Positions 63,439 to 64,000 of a stretch of 64,000 bases of DNA are shown piece by piece. Below the pieces are notes generated by a model. The model was not told the origin of the DNA, did no database searches, and saw nothing but the letters and a program-made list of their open reading frames with translations. Source of the stretch: an uncultured Pseudobdellovibrionaceae bacterium. GTDB taxonomy: Bacteria; Bdellovibrionota; FAC87; UBA2466. Positions within the stretch are counted from its first letter, which is position 1. The number at the start of each line of letters is the position of its first letter. The translations under genes were made by a program, and so were the position numbers. The stretch is taken from NCBI GenBank assembly GCA_964492125.1, contig CAZBJE010000009.1:2202-66201 (forward strand). The letters run 5' to 3'.

Positions 63439-64000
63439 TCATTTCGAGTACTCAGGCCGCATCGGGTAAGCGTATGCGTCTTCGGTCACCACAACGGGTG
63501 CCGTAAAGTTTTCGGTCGGGGGCGGAGAGGGAATTTCCCATTCCAGCCCTTTGGCGCCCCACGGATTGGCCGAGGCCTTGGCACCCTTGAAAAGTGAGTA
63601 AGTTAAGTAGATAGCCGGCAGCAGGTAGCCCAGCCCCAGGATGGTCGAACCGAGGGTCGACATCACGTGGTAAATCTGGAATTCCGGCGGGTAGAAGTGG
63701 TACCGGCGCGGATTGCCCAAATAACCGACGATAAACTGCGGGAAGAACGTCAGGTTGAACCCGACGAAAACCAACGCGCCGGAAATCTTGGCCCAGAACT
63801 CATTGTACATACGCCCAGTGATTTTGGGCCACCAGAAGTGCAAACCACCCAAGTACCCCATCAGCGCGCCGCCCACCATGATGTAGTGGAAATGCGCCAC
63901 GACGAAGTAGGTATCGTGCAAGTGGACGTTGGTCGCCAACGTAGCCAAGAAGATCCCAGTCAACCCACCGATCAGGAACAAGCCTACGAAACCCAAACCG
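63439..64000 (-). CDS. ctaD: cytochrome c oxidase subunit I, C-terminal part (5' end outside window)
   Basis: The ORF is open to the window edge. [18 protein letters not shown] and [12 protein letters not shown]. Confidence 0.9.
   Translation of the reverse strand, partial: GLGFVGLFLIGGLTGIFLATLATNVHLHDTYFVVAHFHYIMVGGALMGYLGGLHFWWPKITGRMYNEFWAKISGALVFVGFNLTFFPQFIVGYLGNPRRYHFYPPEFQIYHVMSTLGSTILGLGYLLPAIYLTYSLFKGAKASANPWGAKGLEWEIPSPPPTENFTAPVVVTEDAYAYPMRPEYSK

Noticed and set aside
310-63597. Many 60-230-aa track ORFs antisense to or out of frame with the called genes, for example 8486-8998 (+), 11198-11881 (+), 35617-36123 (-), 42539-43072 (-), 45033-45611 (-) and 57683-58327 (-).
   Set aside because: They lie wholly inside longer ORFs that have clear family motifs. 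Their composition is Arg/Gly/Pro-rich and low-complexity, as expected from shadow frames of GC-rich coding DNA. They lack RBS and signal features.
1-64000. CRISPR arrays, IS elements or transposases, prophage genes, toxin-antitoxin pairs, restriction-modification or other known defence genes, and rRNA or other structured RNAs.
   Set aside because: I saw no spaced direct-repeat arrays, DDE/HUH/recombinase motifs, nuclease-helicase-ATPase defence signatures or rRNA-like sequence on either strand. The only RNA gene I can support is tRNA-Gly.

Overview
Tightly packed 64-kb chromosomal segment from a Gram-negative (diderm) bacterium, mid-50s %GC by eye. The lineage cannot be fixed from this window. 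The many Sec-signal hypothetical proteins, a sigma54-type promoter, the TonB system and an aa3 oxidase fit a Bdellovibrionota- or Myxococcota-like organism, but that is only a guess. I count about 55 CDS and one tRNA-Gly(CCC). I found no rRNA, CRISPR array, transposase, integrase or phage genes. Layout: (1) 2-8551, a surface-glycan / deoxysugar tailoring locus (rfbF, an RmlC-like epimerase, an SDR, two C-methyltransferase-like paralogs, a TylF-type O-methyltransferase, a PhyH dioxygenase, a GT2). (2) 8585-13237, a minus-strand TonB-dependent receptor / TonB / MFS / VOC operon. (3) 14793-31221, the most unusual region: a five-gene minus-strand block containing two tandemly duplicated giant genes (2296 and 2354 aa) with signal peptides and no domain I can recognise. 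(4) 31532-47088, housekeeping genes (HtrA, ABC-F YbiT, M20 peptidase, ScoAB, YchJ, Dus) interleaved with an uncharacterised three-gene envelope operon (36165-40729) and a small polysaccharide set (PGT, SDR-like). (5) 47123-57205, a run of signal-peptide or membrane hypothetical proteins, including a 1176-aa alpha-solenoid, ending at an atypical ECF-like sigma factor and the tRNA-Gly. (6) 57481-64000, a redoxin / Cys-rich lipoprotein / beta-barrel operon, hldD, a Fur-family / PAP2 / rhodanese operon, a 166-bp element with 33-bp perfect inverted arms, and the 3' part of a cytochrome c oxidase operon. All identity figures are by-eye estimates, and every function call rests on motif recognition without database searches.
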